Notes under the pieces: model-generated
Told to the model about the DNA's origin: nothing
Databases searched by the model: none
Seen by the model: the letters and a program-made list of their open reading frames with translations, nothing else
Part shown: piece by piece, positions 1-12,419 of the stretch
Layout of the letters: each line of letters opens with the position of its first letter
Position numbering within the stretch: the stretch's first letter is position 1
Source of the DNA: Mustelus asterias
Taxonomy: Eukaryota
Length of the DNA: 64,000 nucleotides
Direction: 5' to 3'
NCBI RefSeq assembly: GCF_964213995.1
Contig: NC_135804.1
Location: forward strand, 93,558,001 to 93,622,000
Made by a program: the position numbers and the translations under genes

Positions 1-262
1 GGTGGATCATGAAGACGGACTTGATGGGAGGGGGTGCGACTCATGGGTCCTGATAGGGGGCAAGTCAGGGAACCCATCAGGAGGGCGCTGATGCCACTTG
101 TCAGGGAGAGGTTGGGGGAACATGCCAAAGAGAGGGCGGGGTCCTGATGTCCATGAAGGAGGAGGTCTTCCAGCGCATTCTGAGATTGGAGTGCCCTTGC
201 GAAATTGCAGCCCCCCCCCCCCGCCATCCCACCGGAACCCAGTGCAAGACTCTCAACATTGA

Positions 263-1725
263 GGGCCCGATTTTACCATTGCGTCGCGCCCGGAAGGGCA
301 AAGTTGGGTGTGAGGCCATTAACGTGATCTGCGCCCGCATCCATGCAGATTGCCACTTTACCGAACTCGGGAATGGCGGCGATTCGATTCGCGTCCAAAA
401 TGGGCGCAACGACCATTTAAATGCATTTGCATGCATTTAAATTGAATTAATGAACTGCCTATCCAACTTTATCAGCATTTCCCCCTTTACCACCACGTTT
501 GCCAATCCGGAACCGCGCCATAATGGACCTGCTAAATAAAAGTCTGAATCGGGCGCTCCAGCTTCTGAAGGGCACGTTCAGAGCTTCCAACGGCTCTGAC
601 TCAGATCAGTGGTTGGGGGGTGGGGGGGGGGGGGGGGAGGGAGGTGGGTCAGATCATTCTCTGGTTGGCGGGGGAGGAGGGGAGTGAGCCCAGATCGTTG
701 TCTGGTTGGGAGGAGAGGAGGAGGAGGCGGGTCAGATGTATCTCTGGCGGGGGCAGGGGGGTGGGGGGGAGGGGGAGAGGGCTGATCATTGTCTGGGGAT
801 GGGGAGGGAGGAGGAGGCGGGTCAGATATCCCTCTGGAGGGTGGGGGAGGGTGGGGGGGGAGTGAGGCTAGATCATTGTCTGGGGGGCGGGGTGGAGGAG
901 GGAGGCGGGTAAGATGTATCTCGGGGGGAGGGGGAGGCCCGATCGCTCACTGGTGGGGGGGCAGATGGATCTCTGGTGGGGGGGCAGATGGACCTCTGGT
1001 GGGGGGACAGATGGATCTCTGGTGGGGGGGGCAGATGGACCTCTGGTGGTGGGGGCAGATGGACTTCTGGTGGGCGGGGCAGATGGATCTCTGGTGGGGG
1101 GGCAGATGGATCTCTGGTGGGGGGGCAGATGGGTCTCTGGTGGGGGGGCAGATGGGTCTCTGGTGGGGGGGAGAGATGGATCTCTGCTGGGGGGGGGAGG
1201 GCAGATGGATCTCCGGTGGGGGGGGGCAGATGGATCTCCGGTGGTGGGGGCAGTTGGATCTCTGGTGGGGGGGGCAGATGGATCTCTGGTGGGGGGGGGG
1301 GGCATATGGATCTCTGGTGTGGGGGCAGGGGGGTTGGGGGCTCTGCTGCCACTCTGCGGGTGATCGGCGGGGAAGGAGGGCAGGGTGGAGATCGGTCTGG
1401 GTAGTGAGGGGGGGTGGATAAGGGGGACAATGATGTGTGTGGGGGCCATCGCTCTCGCTTTTTGCTTCCGGGCCGCTTTCTCCGCTTTCTGCGGCCCGGG
1501 AGCGATCTGACGCGCGCGCTTTTTCTATTTTATTTCTAACTGCGCATGCGCAGTTCAGAGCTCCGATCGTTTTGGCCGTGCTAAACCCCGCCCATAGCGC
1601 GAATGGGACTGGAGATGTTTTTTTCAGGCTGAGTGCGTATGGGGGCGCCTGAAAGCAGATTTCTAAGTCAGATCTGCATTACGCCCAGATTCAGCACTTA
1701 GAATGAAAATGGTAAAATCGGGCCC
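263..1725. mobile_element. Non-autonomous PIF/Harbinger-type DNA transposon
   Basis: Perfect 18-bp TIRs GGGCCCGATTTTACCATT (263-280) / AATGGTAAAATCGGGCCC (1708-1725); 3-bp TSD TGA (260-262, 1726-1728). Confidence 0.88.
945..1325. repeat. G-rich minisatellite, ~23-25 bp unit GGCAGATGGATCTCTGGTGGGGG, inside the Harbinger derivative
   Basis: About 15 tandem copies with variable G-run length. Confidence 0.9.
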
Positions 1726-3489
1726 TGAGTGTGGGAAGATTGTGGTGAGAGACTGATGCAGGCCATTGCATTATTCTTGCCGTTATGTCACTTTTTGGGG
1801 GGGAGAATGCCACCCATGCTATTGTACAGAGCTGCTTTTTGTATGCTGTGGCTTGCCATAATTATGTGATGTCTGAGGTAATCTTGTGCCATAGACATGT
1901 GACCTTTGGGGTCATCTTGAGTAAAACAAAGGCTTTGGACAGAAACCATTTTACCCACCACATGGAAGCTGATCTTAAACTGGGAATCCCAAATTACCTT
2001 CACAGGTCTTGAGCTAGTGAGGGGAAGAGTGAACCAGGATACATTCGGCACCAATGTTTTTTTAATGCAGTTATCCATTTTCCAAAAGTCTTTTCGAATT
2101 GACTTGGAAAATCCCAGCATCACCAGTTAAAACCTTGTTGTGTACATTTAATTTACATTCAAAGAGTACATTATATAAAATCAAATTTGACTTTGTTCAT
2201 TTTAAATCTAATGAAATTGAAGACCTGGTGCCCAATCTAAGAGCACTAGATAGGAAGAGTGAAAAGAAAGAGTGAGATAGATAGAGATAAAGATTGCAAA
2301 CAAACAATAGGGGAATGGAGAACAGCATGGGGTAAATGAGAGAAGTCGAGAAAAATAGAACAGGTACTGAATACCTGCAATATAGGGAAACAATAAAAGG
2401 AACAATTTTTCCATCTGCCATTTGTAGAAAATTTATAAAGGCATTCTTTATCTCTCCCTACTAAACCAGATAAACGGCATTGATAGACAAAGAAAATATA
2501 TAAAAGAGCTAAAATAAAATGGAGAAATAGAGAGAATGGAAAATGATGCATTGAAATAAGAAAAGCAAGCGAAATAGTACTTGACGTGCAGTTCTGTTCT
2601 CAATTCCACCTCCGAACCTTGCTTTCTTGTCTCTGTATTATGAAAAATAATCTTTTGAATTTTGCTTTCTTTTTCCTACTAAACTGCAAATATTCCTCCA
2701 TACTCATCCTTTACCAGAATCTCAAAACAACAGGGGTTAGATTTTTTTTTTAAACAGTGAGTGTCCCAACCCTATGTGTAAAATCCAGGGTCAAGCCCAC
2801 TTCCAGTTGGTGAAGCAGCCCCCCCAGCTATTAAGCGGCCAACCATTGCTGAATTGAATACTGTTGGCTCACATTACGAACATTAGGTAACCGTATAAAT
2901 TTCAAAGCAATCTGACAAATTCCACTGTAAATACGTGACCTGCAGTTTAAAATTAGCAGCAGGAGACAGAATCTGAATGCCATGTGCCTACAGCACAAAA
3001 TACTGGCGCTGATTTATGAACTACTGCTAATTGTCATGTTCTGAGCATGCTTAATAGCTTAAAAGTTCAAAGTTGAACGTTTAAAGCATGGAAATATAAA
3101 ACAAACAAATGTGTTTGTCCAAAGCTGGTGGACATTTTGCTTAAAGTAAACAACGATCTATAAAAGCTGACAAAAGACTGTGGCAAAGCACACTTCAAAA
3201 TGCCAACGGCACTTTGCTTTCTATTTGCTTTTTAAAGCTTTCAGTCTGATCCAGATTACTGACATGTAAAAACTACTGGAGTTCAAATTGTTTATGTTAT
3301 GCAGCATATCTATTTTTAAAATTAATACGGTTGCAATCACAAATGCAACAAATTATTAACTGGCCATTAATGAACACGAAGACCACTTGAGTGTTCCCCC
3401 AATCTGAGGATAATGAGCACAGCCTCAGGTGTGTTTATATAACATATCTTGGAAGCTGGCAAAATTGGAAAATGCATAGACGGTGCCAT

Positions 3490-3632
3490 AGGTGCATTGG
3501 CCATGCTAAATTCTCCCTCAGTGTACCCAAACAGGCGCCGGAGGGTGGCGACTAGGGGATTTTCTCAGTAACTTCATTGCAGTGTTAATGTAAGCCTACT
3601 TGTAACACTCAAAAATAAACTTTAAAACTTTA
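3490..3632 (+). mobile_element. 3' part of a tRNA-derived V-SINE-like element
   Basis: TAGGTGCATTGGCCATGCTAAATT...CAGTAACTTCATTGCAGTGTTAATGTAAGCCTAC...TAAACTTT tail, shared with copies at 29370, 52244 and 62112. Confidence 0.75.
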
Positions 3633-3957
3633 AGTAGTTTAATAGGCAAAATAATTTTTGTCAATGCATGTGGTGGGATATTTGGAACTTAATTTCCATA
3701 TCCTTCACATCCCCATTGTATTATTTCCTATATTTTCCCCTCAACTTTCTTCCCTGATGGCTCCAAGTTTTGTTGAGGTAAATTGCTATGGGCACTCCAC
3801 ACCCAAACCCAACCCACCCCCCCCCCTCTCCCTCCCCCCGCCCCCGTGAGGCCATCGGCTCTTGCTGAGCAACGCTAAACTCACAAATGCAGTCAGAGTG
3901 CGATATTCTGGAATAAATGACATTGGGCCGCCAAACAACAGTTGTTTCTAATTCTTA

Positions 3958-4215
<258 letters not shown>

Positions 4216-4539
4216 TTATATATAGATATATGTCAGATGTGCAGGCGAAGACAATCAACTTCCTGAACTGACAGACAGCAGTGTGGGCAGCAGAGATAAT
4301 TGGTTGATATTTTTGGGCTAATAAATTTAAAAGTACATTTTAATTAGTTGGCCATAATTCCACCCCCCCCCCCCCCCCCCCCAACTCCGGTGGACCTTCT
4401 GGCAGCGAAAGCAGCTCACTGTTGGCCGCCAGCAGAATCTTCTGATTCTACCCAAATCAATGGCTATTTGCACTGCCTTGCCGGCTGCACCAGCAGATAA
4501 CCTGCCATGGGGGGATAGGGGAGGGATCACATTCTGAGG

Positions 4540-5441
4540 ATCAGAAGACTAATTTTTATATGCTGGCAAATCTTTAAAAAAATTGCTCCCACAATCAAGG
4601 CTCAGCAGGAGCTCTCCCACCTCTTGTTTAGCAGGTTGGATTCAGCAGATGCGGGTTCAAGTCTCACTCACCTGTGGGCAGGGCTTAACACACCCAAAAT
4701 CCTGCAGTTCCAATCAGCATGCGCAGAAAAAATATGATAGAATGCGGCTCCCCTACCACATTGCTCCAGGGCCTGACAATGCCTCCCCCTAGCCCCCACA
4801 GACAGTGCCCCACCTCCACATTACTGACCCCCTTATCACCCACCCCCTATGCCACCCAGAATGATTGCAGGCCCCTCCCCACTCCTTCCCCCCACCAATC
4901 TCAGGCAGAGTGCCAGTGGACCCCCTCTTCCCGCTCACTGATCACAGGCAAAGTGGCAGTGGACCCCCCTTCCCCCTCACTGATCACAGGCACAGTGGCA
5001 GCGGGCCCCCTTCCCGCCCCCCGCCCCCCACTGATCTCAAGCAGAGAGCTGTCGGACCCACCTTTCCCCACCCCACTGATCTCAAGCAGTGAGCCGTCGG
5101 ACACTCAGCACTTACCTCCTCACTAACTGGAGCGCCCGAATCGGACTTTTGTGGAGCATGTCTGTTTCGCGCTGATTCTGGATGGGCAAACGCGGTGGTA
5201 AAGGGGGAAGTGCTGGTAAGGTTGGGCGTGCAGCCCATTAAGTCAATTTAAATGCATGCAAGTGCATTTAAATGGCTGCCGTGCCCATTTTGGACATGGT
5301 CCCGATCGCTGCCATTTTTGTGCCTTGGTAAAGGGGGAACTGGCATGGAGGTGGGCGCGGATCGCGCTACTCGCCGCACACCCAATTTTACCAAGCTTTT
5401 GCGACCGAAAATAGGCGCAACGCGATGCTAAAATCGGGCCC
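4540..5441 (-). mobile_element. Harbinger-type non-autonomous element related to 263-1725, opposite orientation, with ~43-bp internal tandem repeats
   Basis: Terminus TAAAATCGGGCCC at 5441; subterminal ATTTAAATGCATGCA motif shared with 415-440; repeats CACTGATC(A/T)CA(G/A)GCA at ~4900-5090; abuts a SINE 5' fragment (5442-5506). Left boundary uncertain. Confidence 0.65.
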
Positions 5442-6066
5442 AGTGACCCGAGCTGGGAATTGAACCCAGGTCCCTGCAGCAATGCTAACCACTGTGCCAC
5501 CGTGCCATCCATAAGGCCATTAGATAAGTAGTTGTAAAGAAAGATAAAAGGACAGAGAAAAGGGACAGAAACATTTACACAGAATTAATAGCTACAGTTG
5601 AAAAATTAGTACTGGGTTTGATTCGATGAGATAGTGATTGCCTTATGACATACATTTTCTTGATTCAACAATATTGATTTTTGAAATGGTGGAATCGGTG
5701 AAAAAGATGGATAAAAAATACCACTGAAGGTATTGGAGTAAAGAAAGGCAACAATGTTAACAAAATAAGCTTTTGTTGAAAGTTGCAATTATGATGTGCA
5801 ATATTGCTAATGCATGCATTCATTTAAATTCCTTTGTCCAGTATTTTCATGAAGGCCCATTAAGGGGATTAATGCCTTCATTAAAATCTCAGTCAGAGGA
5901 ATTTCATACACATTAGCGATTAATAAAGTACACCACAATTTCAACAACCTGGTGATTTTTTAAAAATGGTAGAAGCACATCAAGTCAGCACAAAGGAACA
6001 TGACAATTACACACAGAAATGCAGGTGATGGGAAATGATAATCAATCTAACAGGATCATAATTTAC

Positions 6067-6246
6067 ATGTTCCAAGAAGCAGGGCCCAATTTCACTCAAA
6101 TGAGGATCTTCCTTGTTGTACTGCTTCTCCAGGTCTCTGACGAAGCTCATTTGAAATCTATAAATGTCTTCGATATTTCCGAATATGACTTTCAGCTGTT
6201 CATCACTGAACATGTCTCTGCGTTTCTTGCATTGCCTAAGGTATCC
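6067..6246 (-). CDS. ARHGEF9: ARHGEF9 coding exon, DH (RhoGEF) domain (180 nt, phase 0/0)
   Basis: [60 protein letters not shown]; acceptor TTTAG|, donor CAT|GTAAAT. Confidence 0.97.
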
Positions 6247-6531
6247 CTAAAATAAGAACAAAATATGCATTTAGCTGCCTTTAGCAAACCTTACATGCGG
6301 TAGCAAACCTAATCACAATAATTAATCATGAATAAATCAAATATCCACTCTGTGTTAACATTTTTTTCTCATCCAAGTGCTTTCTCACAGAACGAATAAC
6401 ATTCAAGTAAAATATTTGTGGGGAGAGGTTAACAAATTAAACCTGATGTGGAGTTGCCGGTGTTGGACTGGGGTAGGCACAGTAAGTAGTCTCACAACAC
6501 CAGGTTAAAGTCCAACAGGTTTATTTGGTAG

Positions 6532-6566
6532 CACAAGCTTTCGGAGCGCCGCTCCTTCATCAGGTG
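6532..6566 (-). ncRNA. Minimal type I hammerhead ribozyme motif (PLE family A)
   Basis: cac-CTGATGA-a-GGAGC ggc GCTCC-GAAA-GC-T-T-gtg: conserved core, stem II, palindromic AGCT stem III, 3-bp stem I. Confidence 0.75.
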
Positions 6567-6569
6567 AGT

Positions 6570-6604
6570 CACCTGATGAAGGAGCGGTGCTCCGAAAGCT
6601 CGTG
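6570..6604 (+). ncRNA. Minimal type I hammerhead ribozyme motif (PLE family A)
   Basis: cac-CTGATGA-a-GGAGC ggt GCTCC-GAAA-GC-T-C-gtg. Confidence 0.75.
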
Positions 6605-8497
6605 CTACCAAATAAACCTGTTGGACTTTAACCTGGTGTTGTGAAATTAAACCTGATTTGCAGTAAATTGAATGGTAGCATAATAATCCATTTGCAAGTA
6701 TAGCATTTGCCTTGTAACTCAATCCTGTTCAGGGACAAATGAATTGTGCAATTTGAATGAAGTTATGGTTAGAGAAAGATTGAAATGTATTTAAATGCTG
6801 CTGTGTTTTGCATAACAGTAACTTAGGTCAGCCTAAAAGCTTCCAGTTGTCCTTTCCTCTGCTTTATCATCAGCTATAGAGACCAAAACACAGGCCATAA
6901 TTAACAAAGGAAATTTTCACAAAGGAATTTGCTGCTATCTATAGGAATTCTAAGGATGGGATAATGTTGGGCCCTCCAGCCATGGAAATAGATCCTAGGT
7001 ATCAAGAGCCATCTGGAGATGAGAAAAACTTCTAATAATCTAATACACCTCACACTCATACACCCTTGCTAGTGAAAAAAACAAATCATGAAACCCAATC
7101 AAAGCTTTTAAATCTCAAACAGTTGACCTCTTATGAAAAACAAATTTCTGTTCAGACCCACATCAAAGATACTTAATCCTTTAATAGCCTATTTACATGT
7201 TAATTACACTATGAACTCTGAACCTCCTGCTGAGATAATTATAGCTTTTGAAACTCATTGAAGCGTTTCTAATGCCCTCGGGTAAATATCAAAAAAGGCC
7301 TCCATTGAAACTGCATAACTAGATGGCAATGTTTATTTTTCTAACCATACCAGATGGCCTGCCAATCAAAGCTGTCCAGCAGAATAATATTTTTAACTCT
7401 TACTGTCAGCTTCAGCCTGTATTTTTTATGTTTAAAGAGTGGTGGATTTAAAACACTTAATATCCTGAAACTTAAACTTCATGACTGTTTAAGGCCTTTG
7501 CAACTGCCAAAGTGGGATTGAATTCAGCACTAAGTTTAAACGGCCTTGCTGAGTTCAAGTTTCTCTCCTGTGTGAATCATGTCCTGATCCTTTCCCCCAC
7601 TGGAAATGGGAATGGAAACTTCACAATAACATCTCTCTGCCATTTTTAAAGTTGATTCCCCAAACTTCCAGCCCAAAGTATCAAGCTTCAAACCCCAGTC
7701 TTAGCATGTCACTTTAAAATGGATTAATGTTTTTTTAAAAAGGGAGTGAGTTTTTCAGTCAATTTTCCCTTTTTAAAAATCATTACAAAAATAAATATGA
7801 TTTTAAAATTACCGGTTTTGTGATAGTAACAATCATATATATTAACCAAAACAAGACGCACACAATTTTGAACTAAAGGGTTATTGGATAGAAATCAACA
7901 TGTTCACTGGTTTTAAGGCCAAAATGTAGCAGTCCAAGTGCCATTATTATGAAGTCTGTTCAAACTGGGATTATTAATCCATGTGACTCATTGGCACACT
8001 GGTCCGTACTAACAGAGCCATCAGAAGAGTTGACTCATTTAAATTATATTGAAGGATGGAGTTGAGAGAGTTACAGAAAAAACACAAATCTCACCAATGT
8101 TTCAACTCTCAGGGGTAAAAACAGTCACTCCATCCATAATGTAATTGTGAAGTTAAAACATTCGCACTACAACCCAACTCCAGAAAGCATTTCAATTGCG
8201 ATGTTATTAGATCACTATACATGGACTTCAGTTTGCCGGAAGTTTACTTAAATGAGAATATGTTACCTTTTCAAGAGTAACCTGATGTTTTACTACACGG
8301 TAGTTTTAACCTCTGGTTGCAGACACATAAATTATTAATAATTAAATAGTCTGAAACTCTTGATGACATTTTGAAGAGTAGCACTGGCTGTTTCTAAGAA
8401 CAACTGTGAAGCAATTGCTACTTGTATTTCAAAGCTCTTCCATGTAATTTAAATGATCAGTATGATGGAATGTAATCTGTAGTTATGTTATTATTAC

Positions 8498-8689
8498 CTC
8501 ACAGATGTCCTTCAGATGTTTAATGTAGTGTCGTTCTGTGCTCATAATTTCATTGATGACATTTGCTCTCATTTGGTCTCGGTTCTGAACACTCCTGCCG
8601 AGGCACAGGCAGTCAGAGTTGGGGTCCAGATGCCCATTTTGAATCTCGCTACTGGCTTCATCTACAGTGTCTTCCTGGTTCACCCAAAG
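8498..8689 (-). CDS. ARHGEF9: ARHGEF9 coding exon, SH3-DH linker and start of DH domain (192 nt, phase 0/0)
   Basis: [64 protein letters not shown]; acceptor GGCAG|, donor GAG|GTAATA; continues the SH3 exon in frame. Confidence 0.97.
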
Positions 8690-9574
8690 CTGCCATTAAA
8701 TGAAGAAAAACAATGTGGATAAATTGACTGGCATCAAGTTCTTTTACTGTCTCTCATAGATCAGCTTGTTGATCATAGTTAACTAACTGTGGGGAGAAGT
8801 GCCCCAAGCAGTTAACTTGTAAGCGATTGTTACCTGCATATTCAGGACCAAGGCAGGATTTCTTGACAAAATGGTTATCATCACTGTGGGGTGCAAAGAT
8901 ACAATACAAAGCCTCTTTTGCTCTTCATTCCTGAAGGGGCTGATAAGCTGCCAAAGCAATCATCAGTCCACCAATACTTTGTTAAAATTATCATTCTTCA
9001 TGTGAATCTAGGCAATGAGTATCATTGTACAATTCATCTATAGAGGAGCATTATACTAAAACCCGAGTCTGCCATTGCCCAGTGCTCACACATTCTAGAT
9101 GCAATCATTGAATAGAAACCAGGAGCAGCAGCTCAGACAGATTTTTCAATCCTCAGTCTGGGACACACTGGAGGCAATTGTCATCTGCAGCTCCAGTCCA
9201 TGAATCTTGGTTTTGTGATCTGTATGGCTGCGTTATATGGCCTTTACTGACAGGGCCACAGAAATTGCTCTTGAAGATGCATTCCAAAGAAGTGAAACAA
9301 ACCATACAAACTATTCAATTAATTTTGACCCATTAAGCATCAGATCTATTGAGATGTGCACTGACCTTACTGAGATGAGCAGAAAAATTGTTGCAGTTCA
9401 CCCATGTGCTCTTTGAACATTTGCCATTGCCTGTTCACTGTCATCCCTTCAAGTAACATTTCCCAATCCACCTTAGTCGATTCGCGCCTCATACCATCAT
9501 AGTATCCTTTGTCCAGATTCAGGACCCCTGTCTCAGAATCAAGTAGTCACTCTCCATCTTGATGAAGAATTAAA

Positions 9575-10200
9575 ATATAGAAACTAGAGGCAGGAATAGG
9601 CCATTTGGCCCTTTGAGCCTGCTCTGCCATTCATTTTGATCATGGCTGATCGTCAAATTCAATATCATGATCCCCTTTACTCCTCATATTCCTTGATCCC
9701 TTTAACCTCAAAGACTATATCTAGTTTATTCATGAAATCAGGCAATGTTTTGGCCTCAACTACTTTCTGTGGCAGTGAATTCCACAGATTCACCACACTC
9801 TGGATGAAGAAATTTCTCCCCACCTCAGTTCTAAAAGGATTACCCCTTAGCCTCAAAATATGACCCTAGTTCTGGACTCCCCCATCATTGGGGACATTCT
9901 TTCTGAAACTACCCTGTCTAATGCTGTTAGAATTTTATAAGTTTCTACAAGATCCCCTCTCACTCTTCTAAACTCCAATGAATATAATCCTAACCGAATC
10001 AGTCTCTCCTCATAAGACAGACCTGCCATCCCAGGAATCAGCCTGGTAAACCTTCGCTGTACTCTCTCTATAGCAAGAACATCCTTCTTCAGATAAGGAC
10101 ACCAAATCTGCACACAAAACTCCAGGTGTGGCCTCAACAATGCCCTATACAGTTGCACCAAAAAATCCCTATCCCTATACGCAAATCCTCTCACTATGGT
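9575..10200 (-). mobile_element. CR1 LINE 3' fragment
   Basis: ORF 9853-10317 contains LYRALLRPHLEFCVQIWCPYLKKDVLAIERVQRRFTRLIPGM (CR1 ORF2 C-terminus); CR1 3' tail at ~9575-9620. Confidence 0.9.
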
Positions 10201-10862
10201 TCCCATCACGGGGACCAGACGTGATGGCCTCGCTGGCAGGACCGGAAACCATTGAAGCCATCCTGGGAGGTTGGAGGAAGAGAAAGGGTGCCACTCACTG
10301 CCAGCCTGGCAGTGCAAGACTGACAGTGCCCATCGTGCACCGGGCAGTGCCAGGGGGACAGGACCTGAAGGGACAGGCTAATTGGGAGGCGATTGCGCAC
10401 TCTGCAACCACGATCTGGGTGGGGGGGGGGGGGGGGGGGGGTTAGAGAGCTCTGCATCCTCTGCAACCAGCAATCAGCTGGTCCGTATGCAGGAGGGGTG
10501 GGGAAATTTTCCATGGTATCCCTTGATAGCGGGGAGATTTAGGGGTGAGGCATGCGAGGGTGAGGGAATGAAAAGCCCATGCAGTGGGGCAAATCGGCCC
10601 ATGTTGCGGGGGGGGTCAGATCAGTTGGGGGGATTGGTTTGGCCAACACAGAGATCTGAGCGTGTGCAATGGCACACTCTGAGACTATCTGCCGGCTTTT
10701 GGTGAGGTTCTCCCCCCCCCCCCGCTGGAAAACAGATTTGGCTTCATTTTTTTTAACAGAGTGAGGTAAGATTCTATTTTTAACTTGCCCAAATAAAACA
10801 CTGCGATTCTCTCCCATTTTCATGCTCGTTTGGCAGTTAGAAGTCTTTTGGTAAAATTGCCA
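10200..10862. mobile_element. GC-rich Harbinger-derivative remnant
   Basis: Ends TTGGTAAAATTGCC, resembling the terminus at 1710-1725; G-run-rich interior; no clean TSD. Confidence 0.45.
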
Positions 10863-11635
10863 TCATGCACTTTGGCAGGAAAAATAAAGGAGCTGAATAT
10901 TGTTTAAATGGAAAAAGACTGCAGAAAGCTGCAGCATAGAAAGTTTTAGGGGTCCTTGTGCATAAATCAAAAAAGCTAGCATGAAAGTTCAGCAGATAAT
11001 AAGGAAGGCAATAGGAATGCTGACCATTATTTCAAAGGAAATGGAGGATAAAATTAGGGAAGTCTTGCTAAAACTATGCAAGGCACTAGATTACACTACA
11101 TCTGGAATATTCTGAATAATTTTTGTCCCTTTATCTAAGGAAACATATACTGGCATTGGAGGCAATCCTGAGAACTTTCACTCAAGGGAGGTTAAGTGGG
11201 TTAGGTTGGGCCTGTGCTCATTGGAGTTTAGAAGAATGAGGGGCAACCTTGTTTAAACATCTAGGGTTCTGAGGCAGCTTGACAGGGTAAATGCTGAGAA
11301 GTTGCTTCCTTCCCCTTATGGGAGAGTCTAGGACCAGAGGGTATAATCTCAGAGTAAGGGGTCACCCATTTAAGACAGAGGTGAGGAAACATTTCTTCTC
11401 TCAGAGGACAGTGAATCTATGGCATTTTTATCCCAGGGGGCTGTAGAGGCTGGTTCATTAAGTATGTTCAAGACTGAGATAGACAGATTTTTAATCAGTA
11501 AGGGAATTGAGGATTATGGGGATAAGGTGGTAAAGTGAAGTTGAGGATTATCATACAAGATCAGTCATAATCTCGTTGAATGGCACAGCATCTTGATGGA
11601 CTGAATGGCCTACTTCTGCTTCTACATTTTATGGC
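10863..11635 (+). mobile_element. CR1 LINE 3' fragment (degenerate)
   Basis: CATGCACTTTGGCAGGAAAAAT through GAATGGCCTACTTCTGCT tail, collinear with other CR1 copies. Confidence 0.85.
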
Positions 11636-12419
11636 CTAAGTGGAGGAGTGGGAGCCCATGCCCACCAGGTAAGCCTGCTCTGGCTTCAGGTGGGAAATAT
11701 TGGGGATGTTTACATCACTATTTTTCTTTCTTGATTGGGGCATCCCCACAATAGTCTGTCAGCTCCCAATCTTTCACATCCTCCATGGTGCACACATGTT
11801 CCCTTTCCTCTGGACTTCCAAGTCAACACACCACCCAAGTCAACACACCATCCTATCCACTCCCACACATACCTTTGACTCAGAGGGAGGGTCAAGGGTT
11901 CTCTCAGAAGGTCTCTTGTTTCTGGAATTTTATTGTACAGAAAGCAGTGGAGGTTGGATCATTCAATATTCAAAGCTGAGTGAAACAGATTTTTGAAGTA
12001 AAGGAAGGTGGGTAAGAAAATGGAATTAAGACCACAACCAGTAATAGATCAGCCGTTTTGTATTGAACGATGGAGCAGACTCGATGGTCCAGTGGTTGAT
12101 TCCTCTTCAACTTCTGATGATTTTATGACCCACTGATGCGAAATGAATTAGAACAGGTAAGAAGTGTGGACAATATAGCAATCAAGATATAATAAGTTTC
12201 AAGACAAAGATTGAGATGGTCATAAGGTAATAAATTGGAAAAAGTTGATATTAAAGAGATGAGAATAGAAATAGGGAAATTAAATCAGAAAAAAACTGCA
12301 GACATAGAAATAGAACAGCAGAAGGAAACATTTCAAATGGTGATTATTGAAGTCCGGGAAAATATTTCCCACTAAAAAGCAATAACAAAGTAGCCAATAA
12401 CTACACATCATGGATGAAT

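Larger units (their letters stand above)
6445..6644. mobile_element. Fold-back Penelope-like (PLE) mini-element, family A
   Basis: Inverted arms 6492-6567 / 6569-6644; 47-nt tail 6445-6491; TSD AAATTAAACCTGAT (6434-6447, 6644-6657). Same pLTR sequence as the GIY-YIG-linked copy at 31961. Confidence 0.88.

Noticed and set aside
620-1449. Overlapping Gly/Trp- and Pro-rich ORFs
   Set aside because: Products of the G-rich VNTR inside a transposon; open in most frames.
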